This document shows, piece after piece, positions 18,586 to 29,211 of a stretch of 64,000 bases of DNA. The position numbers and the translations under genes are program-made. The notes below the pieces were generated by a model, which saw nothing but the letters and a program-made list of their open reading frames with translations, did not search any database and was not told where the DNA came from. Within the stretch, counting starts at the first letter, position 1. Each line of letters begins with the position of its first letter. The DNA is from Dehalococcoidia bacterium (lineage in GTDB: Bacteria > Chloroflexota > Dehalococcoidia > Bin125): assembly GCA_963555985.3 (NCBI GenBank), contig OY820591.1, positions 128,001-192,000 of the forward strand. The letters are read 5' to 3'.

Positions 18586-19575
18586 ATGACGCTCCGAATC
18601 GGCATCCTCGGAGCCGCCAACATCACCCCCCGCTCACTGATCGCGCCGGCGGCGGCGATGGACGACATCGAACTCGTCTGCGTCGCCGCCCGCGACCGCA
18701 ACCGCGCCGAGCGCTTCGCCGCCGAACACGGCATCCCCGTCGTCCACGACCGCTACGAGGAGGTAGTCGCCGATCCGGGGATCGACGCCGTCTACAACCC
18801 GCTCCCGATCAGCGGGCACAAGCCCTGGACCATCGCCGCGCTCGAAGCCGGCAAGCATGTCCTTTGCGAGAAGCCGCTGGCGATGAACGAGGCTGAGGCG
18901 CAGGAGATCGCCGATACCGCCCGCCGCACCGGACTGGTCTGCATCGAGGGCTTCCACTACTGGTATCACCCGGTGGCGTACCGAATGCGCGAACTCGTGC
19001 AGAGCGGCCGGCTGGGCAACGTGCTCTCAGCCGATGCCCATTTCCAGAACACCGCCCCGGACACGCCTACCCAGATCCGCTACCGAATCGAGCTGGGCGG
19101 CGGCGCGACGATGGACTTGGGCTGCTATCCGCTGCACATGCTCCGTCACATCTTCCAGGCCGAGCCGGAGGTGGTCAGCGCCCGCCCGGAGATCGTCTAC
19201 GACACCATCGATGTGGCGATGGAGATCGATCTGCGCTTCCCCGGAGACATCCCCGCCCAAGCCAAGTGCCGCATGTCGCCCGGCACGCCGCGCTCTGTCG
19301 AGGTCGTCGTCATCGGCGAGACTGGGCGGATGCGCGTGGTCGATCCGCTCACACCCCATCGCGGCCACCGAATCGAACTGGAGACAGAGTTCGGCCGAGT
19401 AGTCGAAACGCTCACGCTCCGCCCTACCTTCGAGTTCCAACTACAAGCGTTCGCCAATCAGATCGCGGGCGGCGAACCAATGCCCACCGACGCCGACGAC
19501 GGCGTGATCAGCATGAGAGTGATCGACAACGTCTACCGCGCAGCCGGCCTGCCCCTGCGCGGCAATCTGGAATAG
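18586..19575 (+). CDS. Gfo/Idh/MocA oxidoreductase
   Basis: IGILGAANI, GKHVLCEKP, GGATMDLGCY. Confidence 0.92.
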   Translation: MTLRIGILGAANITPRSLIAPAAAMDDIELVCVAARDRNRAERFAAEHGIPVVHDRYEEVVADPGIDAVYNPLPISGHKPWTIAALEAGKHVLCEKPLAMNEAEAQEIADTARRTGLVCIEGFHYWYHPVAYRMRELVQSGRLGNVLSADAHFQNTAPDTPTQIRYRIELGGGATMDLGCYPLHMLRHIFQAEPEVVSARPEIVYDTIDVAMEIDLRFPGDIPAQAKCRMSPGTPRSVEVVVIGETGRMRVVDPLTPHRGHRIELETEFGRVVETLTLRPTFEFQLQAFANQIAGGEPMPTDADDGVISMRVIDNVYRAAGLPLRGNLE

Positions 19576-19625
19576 CTCGCCATTACCCTCCCCGCAACCT
19601 CGAGCTCCCTGCTTTTCCCCCTCTG

Positions 19626-19769
19626 GAGACCTGCGCGTCAACCAAGGCTCCGTCATACCCGCGCTTGCCGCGGGTATCTCGCTGTTATCTGCACCGTCGT
19701 AGCCAGCACCGCGAGATTGCCGCGGCGGGGCGCGGCAATGACGGAAAAACCGAACTACGCACGGGTCTT
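19626..19769. mobile_element. 144-bp MITE, 5-bp TSD CTCTG
   Basis: GAGACCTGCGCGT / ACGCACGGGTCTT ends; CTCTG at 19621-19625 and 19770-19774; internal paired palindromes like 11811-11954. Confidence 0.75.
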
Positions 19770-19793
19770 CTCTGGGGGCACAGCCAATCTCCC

Positions 19794-20960
19794 CTACCAA
19801 AACGGCGCAGCAGGCTCCTGACCCAGCAACACTCGCCCCGCCGCCGCATAGTTCGACACCCCCAGCACCACGTGCTGATTCATCGCATGCATATCGCGCA
19901 GCCGCCGATCCAGACTCGAACGCTCCGTATACAGCGCCGTCGAACCGGCGATTGCGTACAGCTCGTTCATCACCTTCAGACTCTCCTGGTGGACCCAGGT
20001 AATGGCGAGCCGTAGGTGTGCTCGGTTCCGATCCGACATGGCTCCGGTTTCGCAGACCTCCTGCCAGGCCGTATCCGCCGCCGACAGCGCATACGCGCGG
20101 CAGGCTCCGATCCGCGCGGCAGTCTCCCCCAACGTCGCCTGCGTGAGCGGATCGTCTCGCAGGGCACCGCGTACTGCCCTGCGATCGCGGCTCAGCTCGA
20201 CCACCTCCTCGTGTGCCGCCTGCACGAGTCCAAGCGGCACGCCCATGTGCTTGGGCAACAGCCAGGCCGGATGCCGCAGCGGATCGCCGGGTACCGACCG
20301 CTGCGAAGGTCGCGGTGCGACGCTGCGCTCGTTCGGGATGAAGAGGTCGTTCACTTCGACATCATGGCTGCCGCTGCCGCGCATCCCCGTCGTGCGCCAG
20401 GTGTCCAGCACCGTGACTTCGCTGGTCGGCGCGACCAGCCGCACGAATGCAGGCGCAGCCGACCGATCCGAGCCGTCGCCGACGAGCCGGCAGCTGAACT
20501 GCATCCAGGCAGCGTGAGTGATCCCGCTCACATACGGCCAGCGACCCGTCGCCAGATAGCCGCCGTCAACAGCGACCGCCTTGCCCGGCGGAAATGCTGC
20601 GCCGCAGGTGGCGGCGTCAATGTCGGCGTACAGCTCACGCGCCACAGCCGACTCGAGTTCGCGGCTGAGCAGGCCGCCGTCGCAGCCGATCATCACACAC
20701 CAGGCCGCCGACGCATCAGCCTTGGCGATCGCTTCGATAAAGAGAATCTGCGTCACCGGATCGGCGTCGTGCCCGCCCATCGCCTTGGGCTGAATCATCC
20801 GAAACGCGCCCGCCTCCTTCAGCAGCTGCACGACATGCGGCGGGAGCTGGCGCCCCGCCTCAATCTCGTCGGCGGCCTCGCGGATCTGCGGCACAATCCG
20901 GCGGGCGGCGGCGAGCAGCGCCTCGCGTTCCTCGGGGGTCGGTCCGAAGGCCGTGCTCAT
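19794..20960 (-). CDS. Acyl-CoA dehydrogenase-fold flavin-dependent hydroxylase
   Basis: GRWPYVSG, DTWRTTGMRGSGSHD, RRLRDMHAMNQH. Confidence 0.85.
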   Translation of the reverse strand: MSTAFGPTPEEREALLAAARRIVPQIREAADEIEAGRQLPPHVVQLLKEAGAFRMIQPKAMGGHDADPVTQILFIEAIAKADASAAWCVMIGCDGGLLSRELESAVARELYADIDAATCGAAFPPGKAVAVDGGYLATGRWPYVSGITHAAWMQFSCRLVGDGSDRSAAPAFVRLVAPTSEVTVLDTWRTTGMRGSGSHDVEVNDLFIPNERSVAPRPSQRSVPGDPLRHPAWLLPKHMGVPLGLVQAAHEEVVELSRDRRAVRGALRDDPLTQATLGETAARIGACRAYALSAADTAWQEVCETGAMSDRNRAHLRLAITWVHQESLKVMNELYAIAGSTALYTERSSLDRRLRDMHAMNQHVVLGVSNYAAAGRVLLGQEPAAPFW

Positions 20961-21026
20961 GCGTTGGTCCTGCTTCCCCGCCGCGCAGGTCGTGACGATC
21001 AGCAGGCTAGGACTTGTTGATCCCTC

Positions 21027-21809
21027 CTAGTGCATCACCAGACCGCCGTCGACGTTGTAAGCCTGGCCGGTGATGTTGCGCGCGCCGGGACCGGCGAGGA
21101 ACCGCGCCATCGCCGCGATGTCGTCGGGCGCGTTGGCTCGGCCGATCGGGATCCGCGCGTCGCGGGCCTGCTCCAGTTCGGCGATGCTCACACCGGAGCG
21201 CTCGGCGCGGCCGCGCATGTTGTCGAGCGACAGGTCGGTCACCGTCACGCCCGGACAGATCGCGTTGACGTTGATCGCGTGCTGCGCCAACTGGTGGGCG
21301 GCGATCATCGTCATCGCCAGCACCGCGCCCTTGCTGGCCGCGTAGGCCGCGTTGGAGGTGCCCGAGTAGCCCTTGCCGGCGATCGAGGCGATGTTGATAA
21401 TCCGACCGCCGCCGCCCTGCTCAATCATCTCGCGCGCGGCGCCCTGCATACAGAAGAACACGCCCTTGGCATTCACCCGGTGGATCCGGTCCCAGTCCTC
21501 TTCCTCCACGTCCATCACGTACAGGTAGCGGGTCACGCCGGCGTTGTTGACAATGATGTCGATCCGTCCGAAGGCGTCCCGGGCTTGACCGATCATGCGG
21601 TCGATCTCCGCGAGGCTGCCCACATCGGCGTGGATCGCCAGACTCTCACGGCCCAGCTCCCCGATCGCAGCGCCGGTGTCTTCCACATTCGCGGCGTTGA
21701 TGTCGGCCACCGCCAGGCTGGCTCCGGCTTCGGCCAGTTGCAGCGCAATCGCCCGGCCGATCCCGCGCCCCGCGCCGGTCACCACCGCAATCTTGTCCTG
21801 AAGTTCCAT
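21027..21809 (-). CDS. SDR family oxidoreductase
   Basis: TGAGRGIG, NNAG, YAASK. Confidence 0.93.
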   Translation of the reverse strand: MELQDKIAVVTGAGRGIGRAIALQLAEAGASLAVADINAANVEDTGAAIGELGRESLAIHADVGSLAEIDRMIGQARDAFGRIDIIVNNAGVTRYLYVMDVEEEDWDRIHRVNAKGVFFCMQGAAREMIEQGGGGRIINIASIAGKGYSGTSNAAYAASKGAVLAMTMIAAHQLAQHAINVNAICPGVTVTDLSLDNMRGRAERSGVSIAELEQARDARIPIGRANAPDDIAAMARFLAGPGARNITGQAYNVDGGLVMH

Positions 21810-21960
21810 GAGGGCGCGTCCTCCTTGCTCGAATGCGTGGCGAGTGTAGATGCGGCGCTAGGAATTTCTCTACTCCCGCAAACAGGCGGAGGAGGATTGT
21901 TCGGCGCATTCCTAGAATGCGCTGCACGGACAACGGATCGCCGAAACTGAGAGGGCGCTC

Positions 21961-22716
21961 GTGATGGATGAAGTGCAGTACGACGTCGACGGACGAATCG
22001 CCACGGTCACCCTGAATCGACCTGAAAAGCTCAACGCGATGACGGATGAGATGTACCGCGCCATCGCCGACGCCCTGCTCGAAGCCGACGCCGACCCCGA
22101 GGTGCGTTGCAGCATCATCGCCGGTACCGGCCGCGCCTTTACCTCAGGCCACGATCTGGGAGAGTTCGCCGGCCGCAGCCAGTGGATGCCCTGGCGCGGC
22201 GAGCGCTTCGATAACGGCCTCGAGACCGCCAAACCCACAATCGCCGCAATCAACGGCTACTGCCTCGCCGGCGGCCTCGAATTGGCCCTCTACTGCGACA
22301 TCCGCATCGCCGACGAGACCGCCCAGTTCGGCTGCCCCGAAGTTCGCTGGGCGATCCTGCACGGCTACGGCGCGCTGCGTCTGCCCGGATTAATCGGCGG
22401 CTCCGACGCGATGCGGCTGCTGCTGACGGGCGCGTTCATCGACGCACAGGAAGCCCTGCGGATCGGTCTGATCAGCGAGGTGGTGGCGCCCTCCGACCTG
22501 CTCACGACTGCCCGCAGCATCGCCGATCAGATCGCGGCCAACGGCCCAATGGCAATCCGCATGACCAAAGAGTTGGCCCGCCGCGGCCGCGACCTGCCCC
22601 TAGCCGACGGTCTCCGCATCTATCAGGAGTACTCCCGCCAAGCCTTCGCCTCCGACGACGCCCGCGAGGGAATCCAAGCCTTCGCCGAACGGCGCGATCC
22701 GCAGTACGGCGCTTAA
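21961..22716 (+). CDS. Enoyl-CoA hydratase/isomerase
   Basis: LNRPEKLNA, AAINGYCLAGGLELAL, PE motif. Confidence 0.93.
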   Translation: MMDEVQYDVDGRIATVTLNRPEKLNAMTDEMYRAIADALLEADADPEVRCSIIAGTGRAFTSGHDLGEFAGRSQWMPWRGERFDNGLETAKPTIAAINGYCLAGGLELALYCDIRIADETAQFGCPEVRWAILHGYGALRLPGLIGGSDAMRLLLTGAFIDAQEALRIGLISEVVAPSDLLTTARSIADQIAANGPMAIRMTKELARRGRDLPLADGLRIYQEYSRQAFASDDAREGIQAFAERRDPQYGA

Positions 22717-22743
22717 GATGAAGGGGATGCTGGAGGAGCCCTC

Positions 22744-22968
22744 ATGCCGAAACCAAAGACCGTGGATCCCCGACTGGAGTTAGTCAACTTCGATGTCCTC
22801 GACATGGACAAGTTCCCGCCGGTTGAAGAGTGGACCGAGGACGACTGGGAAGAAGCGGGCCTGCTGACGCTGGCGGCGCTAGGGCGCGAAGAAGCCGAGC
22901 GGGATGGCTGGGTTCCCGGCGAAGAGATTGATGCGAAGTACGGTCCGCTTACCGATGCCGCGGACTGA
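22744..22968 (+). CDS. Putative antitoxin (DPRxEL...PPxxEW family), copy 1
   Basis: GGAGG RBS; small acidic ORF upstream of relE; three paralogs in window. Confidence 0.75.
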   Translation: MPKPKTVDPRLELVNFDVLDMDKFPPVEEWTEDDWEEAGLLTLAALGREEAERDGWVPGEEIDAKYGPLTDAAD

Positions 22969-22974
22969 TCGACT

Positions 22975-23250
22975 GTGGCGTATCACTACGAATACTCGCC
23001 GCGCGCGGAACGGCAGTTGGCCAGACTCCCACAACGGGAACGCGAGCGCGTACTTCGCCGAGTGAAACAGCTCTCCGAAGATCCAACCGGGCGCTTGGCG
23101 AAGCAACTGAAGGGCCGCCCTGTTCTGTGGACATCACGAATAGGCAGCCTGCGAGTCGTGTACGAGATCGACGAGGTGGCCGAACTGATCTACATCGAAG
23201 CGATCGGCAACCGCGACCGAATCTACGAGCTGATGCGCCGGCGACGCTGA
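22975..23250 (+). CDS. relE: RelE/ParE toxin, copy 1
   Basis: KQLKG..SRIGSLRVVYEID..IGNRDRIY. Confidence 0.88.
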   Translation: MAYHYEYSPRAERQLARLPQRERERVLRRVKQLSEDPTGRLAKQLKGRPVLWTSRIGSLRVVYEIDEVAELIYIEAIGNRDRIYELMRRRR

Positions 23251-23257
23251 CTGAGCC

Positions 23258-23698
23258 CTACAACTCCAACGGCGCTCCCTGCGCGACCTGCTGCGGGTCG
23301 GTCTTCCAGACATCGGAGCCGTCCACGTACAGCTCCACTCCGTTCCCGTCGGGATCGTTCAGGTAGAGCGACTGCGAGACCACGTGGTCGATCGTGGCGA
23401 AGACCTTCACGCCGGCCGCTTCGAGTTCCTCGCGCGCATCGCGGAGCTCGTCCAGCGTGTCGCCGATGCAGAAGGCGAGGTGATAGAGGCCCGGAGCCTT
23501 CGGGTCGGCCGTCTCGGGACCCTCTTCGCCCACCTCGAGCAGGGCGAGGTCGTGGTGGTTGCCGAGCGTGTAGAAGGTCATCGGCATCGATTCGTGGCGC
23601 GCGGCCAGCTTCATCCCCAGCACATCGCCGTAGAACGCCTCCGAGCGCTCGCGGTTGCGCACTTTGATCACCGCGTGACCAAGTTCTCGAACCTTCAT
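23258..23698 (-). CDS. VOC/glyoxalase family protein
   Basis: LGHAVIKV, HHDLAL, GLYHLAF, DPDGNGVEL. Confidence 0.9.
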   Translation of the reverse strand: MKVRELGHAVIKVRNRERSEAFYGDVLGMKLAARHESMPMTFYTLGNHHDLALLEVGEEGPETADPKAPGLYHLAFCIGDTLDELRDAREELEAAGVKVFATIDHVVSQSLYLNDPDGNGVELYVDGSDVWKTDPQQVAQGAPLEL

Positions 23699-23795
23699 CG
23701 ATCTCTCCTTCGACGCTGAACCTCAAGGCGAATCGAGTATACGTCCGCCGCCGCCGCTACGCCTGCCCTACGATTGAGACAGACGGAGACGAGCC

Positions 23796-24023
23796 ATGCC
23801 CAAACCGGCGACAGCAGACCCCCGCGCGGAACTGATTGACTGGGACGAGATCGATCTCAGCGAACTACCGCCCATCGACGAGTGGACGGACGAGGAGTGG
23901 GAGGACGCGGTGCTTGGAACGATGGCAGTGCGTAGCCGCAAGCGGCGCGAAGCTGGGCTCGACGGGCCGGGAATCACGCTTGGAGAGTACCTCAAGACGC
24001 GCGGAATCAAGCTCGATCCCTGA
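23796..24023 (+). CDS. Putative antitoxin, copy 2
   Basis: DPRAELIDWDEIDLSELPPIDEWTDEEWEDA. Confidence 0.75.
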   Translation: MPKPATADPRAELIDWDEIDLSELPPIDEWTDEEWEDAVLGTMAVRSRKRREAGLDGPGITLGEYLKTRGIKLDP

Positions 24024-24035
24024 GACTTGGCAATC

Positions 24036-24320
24036 GTGCCCTACCGTTTCATCCTCTCTGATCAAGCCACGGACCAGCTTGACGAGTTGCCTGAGACGGT
24101 TCAGTTGCGGGTGCTCAATCGGATCACGCAGATTCCGGATGCGCCTAGAGGGCGTAGATCTAAGAAGTTGCAGGGATTCGAGACGGTCTGGGCAGTGCGT
24201 GTCGGCGACTATCGTCTCGCGTACGCGATTGATGACGATCGCCAGACCATCACGCTGGAATCGATCGGCCATCGGCGCGACTTCTATCCGAGCCTCCGCC
24301 GACTCCCCCATCTGCGCTAA
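24036..24320 (+). CDS. relE: RelE/ParE toxin, copy 2
   Basis: KKLQG..RVGDYRLAYAID..IGHRRDFY; start GTG 24036 or TTG 24027. Confidence 0.88.
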   Translation: MPYRFILSDQATDQLDELPETVQLRVLNRITQIPDAPRGRRSKKLQGFETVWAVRVGDYRLAYAIDDDRQTITLESIGHRRDFYPSLRRLPHLR

Positions 24321-24386
24321 CCCGCATCAGATCTGCGCTGCGACGCCGCGCGCCTGCCCTACGATTGAGGCAGATGGAGGCAAGCC

Positions 24387-24641
24387 ATGCCCAGACCAGC
24401 CACAGCCGACCCCCGCGCGGAATTGATCAACTGGGATGTGATCGATCTCAGTCAGCTGCCCCCGATCGAGGAGTGGACGGATGACGAGTGGGATGATGCG
24501 GCGTTAGGCACATATGTGCATTGGTGCATTCAAGAACGAGAAGCGGGCCGAGGCGGACCGCTGATCACGTTTGAAGAGCTCCTCGACCGGCTCGGGATCA
24601 GGCCTGAGCAACTGGACCTGCCGCTATCCGATACCGACTAG
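24387..24641 (+). CDS. Putative antitoxin, copy 3
   Basis: Close paralog of copy 2, including upstream GCCTGCCCTACGATTGAG. Confidence 0.75.
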   Translation: MPRPATADPRAELINWDVIDLSQLPPIEEWTDDEWDDAALGTYVHWCIQEREAGRGGPLITFEELLDRLGIRPEQLDLPLSDTD

Positions 24642-24910
24642 CGTCCCCTGATGAGATCGAAGGCCACATTCGCGATCTCCCGGAGGAGATCCAGTTGCGG
24701 GTGCTCAACCGAATCGCGCGGATTCCACTCGATCCGCGCGGACGAGGCAGCAACAAGCTCAGCAACTACGTAGCAGTCTGGGCGGTTCGCGTCGGCGACT
24801 ATCGAATCGCTTACACGATCGACGATGTGACCGCAGAAGTTCGGATTGCAGCGGTCGGCCACCGCCGCGACTTCTACCGACGTCTCCGCCGGATCCCCCA
24901 TCTGCGCTGA
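24626..24910 (+). CDS. relE: RelE toxin, copy 3; no canonical start (ATC at 24626?), possibly a pseudogene
   Basis: Frame is open and homologous to copy 2 upstream of the TTG at 24695 (IRYRLASPDEIEGHIRDLPEEIQLRVLNRI). Confidence 0.7.
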   Translation: MRYRLASPDEIEGHIRDLPEEIQLRVLNRIARIPLDPRGRGSNKLSNYVAVWAVRVGDYRIAYTIDDVTAEVRIAAVGHRRDFYRRLRRIPHLR

Positions 24911-24914
24911 GTGC

Positions 24915-25715
<801 letters not shown>

Positions 25716-25790
25716 GCGAACCTCCAGATGCTGAACGCGCCCGACCGCCTACGAGTCGCCGCGCAGTAATCATCCTAGCGAGGGGTCGGC

Positions 25791-26213
25791 TCAGTCCGCC
25801 GCCGGCTGCCAGATGACCTGCCAGCCGATCCCGAAGCGATCCCTGCACGAGCCGAAGTAATCGCCCCAGAACATCTCCGCCATCGGCATATCGACCTCGC
25901 CCCCGTCGCAGAGCGCCGCGAACTTCCGATCAGCGTCGTCGCGTCCGCCGGCGCTGTAGGAGATCGTGAAGTTCGTCCCCACGACCGGCCCCGGACCGAA
26001 CGCCGGGTTGGAATCGCTGCCCATCAACACGCTCTCGCCAATCGGCAGCGAGACGTGCATGATCCGCCCCTTCGCCTCCTCTGGCACGCCCATGTCGGGC
26101 GGACCATCGCCGAACGTCTGCAACTCCGAGAACTCCCCGCCGAACACGGAACGGTAGAACTCGAACGCCTCGCGGCAACTGTCTTCGAACGTGAGATAGG
26201 TATTCAGGGTCAT
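25791..26213 (-). CDS. VOC/PhnB-like protein
   Basis: REAFEFYRSVFGG, IMH..L, FWG..DRFGIGW. Confidence 0.88.
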   Translation of the reverse strand: MTLNTYLTFEDSCREAFEFYRSVFGGEFSELQTFGDGPPDMGVPEEAKGRIMHVSLPIGESVLMGSDSNPAFGPGPVVGTNFTISYSAGGRDDADRKFAALCDGGEVDMPMAEMFWGDYFGSCRDRFGIGWQVIWQPAAD

Positions 26214-26406
26214 CGTCGTCTCCGTTGTTGGCCTCGTTGGTCGCTGTGGCCACTCTAGGTGTGCAAGCTTCGGATCGCAGTGCCACCAGATACAGAGAGG
26301 GCGACGTCGGGGCCTGGCGCATAGCGGATCGCGGAGCTGCGACATACCCGCCGCGATTCTTCTAATCTGCGCGAGCAGTTGGCTCGTGAACACGTGAGGT
26401 ATCGAA

Positions 26407-26841
26407 ATGCCGCTTTCCGCCGAAGACCGCTCCGAAATCCAGAACCTGGCCGGACGCTATTCACACGCCCTCGACCTCGGCGAACCCGAGGCCTGGCGCT
26501 CCGTCTTCACCGGCGACGCCGTGATGGAAATGATCACCCAGAGGCGTTGGATCACCGGCGACGAGCTCTGGGGCCTGTCCGCAGACCGCGACCCCGACGC
26601 CCCGCAGAGCCGCCACATACCCTCCACCTTCCACATCGAAGGCGACGGCGACGACGCCACCATGCGCTCCTACGTCACCGTGATGCGAACCGGCGACGGC
26701 GGACCCGCCCATGTCGTCTTCCAGGGCCGCTACGAAGACGTCCTGAGGCGCGAAAGCGGGGCCTGGAAAATCGCCCACCGCACCATCCACACCGACTGGA
26801 TCGACGCCGACACCGCCCGCGAGGTCACAGCAGAGGAATAG
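26407..26841 (+). CDS. NTF2/SnoaL-like protein
   Basis: DRSEIQNL..RY..LD, GRYED.L.R..G.WKI. Confidence 0.85.
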   Translation: MPLSAEDRSEIQNLAGRYSHALDLGEPEAWRSVFTGDAVMEMITQRRWITGDELWGLSADRDPDAPQSRHIPSTFHIEGDGDDATMRSYVTVMRTGDGGPAHVVFQGRYEDVLRRESGAWKIAHRTIHTDWIDADTAREVTAEE

Positions 26842-26886
26842 CCCCGCAGCTCGGTATCGTGGAGGCTCAGTGAAGGGGTGTGCCCC

Positions 26887-27267
26887 GTGGCCGAGCCTGT
26901 CCACGCCGATCCGCGACTTGAGCTCGTCGACATGGACGCGCTCGATCTGGATGACTTCCCGCCGCTCAAAGAGTGGGACGAGTTCGATTGGCAAGAGGCG
27001 ATCGTGATCACCCGCTACGACCGCGCCCGAGCGGCGCACCGGCCGGGCGACCCCGACCCGCGCCTGCACTTGATCGATCTACAGGTCCTCGATCTGGACA
27101 AATTCCCACCGCTGGAGCAGTGGAGCGAAGACGACTGGGACGAGGCCATGCTGATCACGCGCTCGGCGATGATCGAGAAGTACACGACTGAGTGGATTCC
27201 ACTTGAGCAACTGATCGAGAAATACGGGTTCGAGGTCGTGGATGGCGAACTGCGGCGGCGCGAGTGA
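26887..27267 (+). CDS. Putative antitoxin, copy 4, with internally duplicated motif
   Basis: Two DPRL.L...PPL..W...DW.EA units; GTGA overlap with relE. Confidence 0.75.
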   Translation: MAEPVHADPRLELVDMDALDLDDFPPLKEWDEFDWQEAIVITRYDRARAAHRPGDPDPRLHLIDLQVLDLDKFPPLEQWSEDDWDEAMLITRSAMIEKYTTEWIPLEQLIEKYGFEVVDGELRRRE

Positions 27268-27530
27268 ACTATCGCGTTCTTCCCACTCCCGACTTCGACC
27301 GTGACTTGGCCAAGTTGGACGTCCGCACACAGGAACGCATCATGCTGAGGGCGCTCAGACTCGTCGCGGATCCACGTGGGTCCGGAACGAAGCAGTTGCA
27401 GGGCCGCCCAATTCGTTGGTCTATGCGTGTTGGTCAGTACCGGGTCATCTTTCGGATTGTTGAGGATGAAGAGATCGTGTACCTCACCGGCATCGATCTC
27501 CGCGACCGCATCTACCGTAGAATTCGCTAA
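27264..27530 (+). CDS. relE: RelE/ParE toxin, copy 4
   Basis: KQLQG..RVGQYRVIF..RDRIY. Confidence 0.87.
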   Translation: MNYRVLPTPDFDRDLAKLDVRTQERIMLRALRLVADPRGSGTKQLQGRPIRWSMRVGQYRVIFRIVEDEEIVYLTGIDLRDRIYRRIR

Positions 27531-27555
27531 ACCCCCACTCTCAGGACAACACCAC

Positions 27556-28683
27556 ATGACCAACACCTCTGTCCGCTTCGGCTGGTACATCCCCACGCAT
27601 GGAGATTTGACCAACTTCGCCGATCCCGATCAGTTCATTCCAGCCTCGATGGAGATGTTCGAGCGCGTCGCGCTGGCCGCAGAAGCGGCCGGCTTCGAGT
27701 ACGCGCTCGTGCCCGTCACCCCGACCTGCTGGGAAGCCTGGATCTCGACCGCGATGATGTCGGCCAAGACCACGAAGCTGAAGATGCTGGTCGCTGCCCG
27801 CCCCGGATACATCCTGCCCACCCAGATGGCGCGCATGATCGGCGCCTTCGACAACCTCAGCGACGGCCGCGTCTACATCAACCTGATCGCCGGCGGCAAT
27901 CCCCGCGATCTCGCCGGCGACGGCATCACCTACTCGCACGACGAGCGCTATGAGGTGATGGACGAGAGCGTCGAGATCATGAAGGCGCTCTGGACCGCCG
28001 ACGGCCCGCTGAACTGGGACAGCCGCCACTTCCAGTTACAGGGCGCGCGCTCCTATCCGCCGCCCTTGCAGAAACCCTGGCCGCGCTTCTACATCGGCGG
28101 CGAGTCCGACGCCGCCCGCGACGTCGGCGCGAAACACGCCGACTGCTACCTCTTCTGGGGCGACACACCCGAACGCACCGCCGAGAAAGTCATCGACATC
28201 CGCCGCCGCGCCGATCGCTTCGGGCGCGAAGGCATCGACTTCGGCATGAGGCTCCAAGTCTGCGTGCGCGAGACCGAGGACGAAGCCTGGGCAGCCGCCA
28301 ACGACCTGATCGCCGGTACCACCGACCGCCAGCGCGCAGCCCGCGCCACCTGGCGCGGTGACTCCCGCGCCGATACCCGTATGTGGGAGCTGGCCAACGG
28401 TTCACGCGACAACGACTACAAGATCGCGCCCCACATCTGGAGCGGTCTGAGCACGGTCCGCGGCGGCGCCGGCGTCTGCATCGTCGGCGACCCGCAGCAG
28501 GTCGCCGACACCTTCCAGCAGTTCATCGAGATCGGCTGCACCGAATTCTGCCTCTCCGGCTACCCCCACGACGACGAAGCCACCCGCTTCGGCAAGTGGG
28601 TCATGCCCCTCATCCAGGAACGCAACCGCAACGGACTGCCACAGCCGACACACACGCCCGCTCTGGTTGCAACCGCCGACTGA
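27556..28683 (+). CDS. LLM flavin-dependent oxidoreductase (SsuD-like)
   Basis: FGWYIPTHGD, LVAARPG, GGES, LSGYPH. Confidence 0.9.
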   Translation: MTNTSVRFGWYIPTHGDLTNFADPDQFIPASMEMFERVALAAEAAGFEYALVPVTPTCWEAWISTAMMSAKTTKLKMLVAARPGYILPTQMARMIGAFDNLSDGRVYINLIAGGNPRDLAGDGITYSHDERYEVMDESVEIMKALWTADGPLNWDSRHFQLQGARSYPPPLQKPWPRFYIGGESDAARDVGAKHADCYLFWGDTPERTAEKVIDIRRRADRFGREGIDFGMRLQVCVRETEDEAWAAANDLIAGTTDRQRAARATWRGDSRADTRMWELANGSRDNDYKIAPHIWSGLSTVRGGAGVCIVGDPQQVADTFQQFIEIGCTEFCLSGYPHDDEATRFGKWVMPLIQERNRNGLPQPTHTPALVATAD

Positions 28684-28727
28684 CTGCCGCCGCGTTAGGC
28701 TCAGAAGCAGAGGATTGGAGCCGCCCT

Positions 28728-29174
28728 ATGTCCCGTGTCCAACTCGCCCTCAACGTCGCCGAGCTTGACTCCGCGATTGATTTCTACTCCCAGCTTTTCA
28801 AGACCGACCCGCACAAGGTGCGTCCCGGCTACGCCAACTTCGAGGTCGCCGACCCGCCGCTCAAGCTCGTCCTGATCGAGCATCCCGACGCTGGCGGGCC
28901 GCTCAACCATCTCGGCGTTGAGGTCGAGTCCACCGCCCAGGTCGTCGCCGAGACCCAGCGCCTGGGCGAACTCGGCCATCCCATCGAGGTCGAGGACGCT
29001 ATCGTCTGCTGCCACGCCGAGCAGGACAAGGTCTGGACCAGCGACCCCTCGGGCACCCGCTGGGAGGTCTACACCATCACCGACGACGCGCCCGTCGCCG
29101 ACACCGCCGTCCTGGTGCCGCTGATCGAGACGAACGGCGTCCTCAGCCCGTCCGGCGCCTGCGTCTGCGACTGA
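28728..29174 (+). CDS. ArsI/CadI family metalloenzyme
   Basis: RVQLALNV, RPGYANF, CCHAEQDKVW..WEVY. Confidence 0.88.
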   Translation: MSRVQLALNVAELDSAIDFYSQLFKTDPHKVRPGYANFEVADPPLKLVLIEHPDAGGPLNHLGVEVESTAQVVAETQRLGELGHPIEVEDAIVCCHAEQDKVWTSDPSGTRWEVYTITDDAPVADTAVLVPLIETNGVLSPSGACVCD

Positions 29175-29211
29175 GTGAGCGCCAGCGCTCGCATCTGCAT
29201 AGACTGAGATC

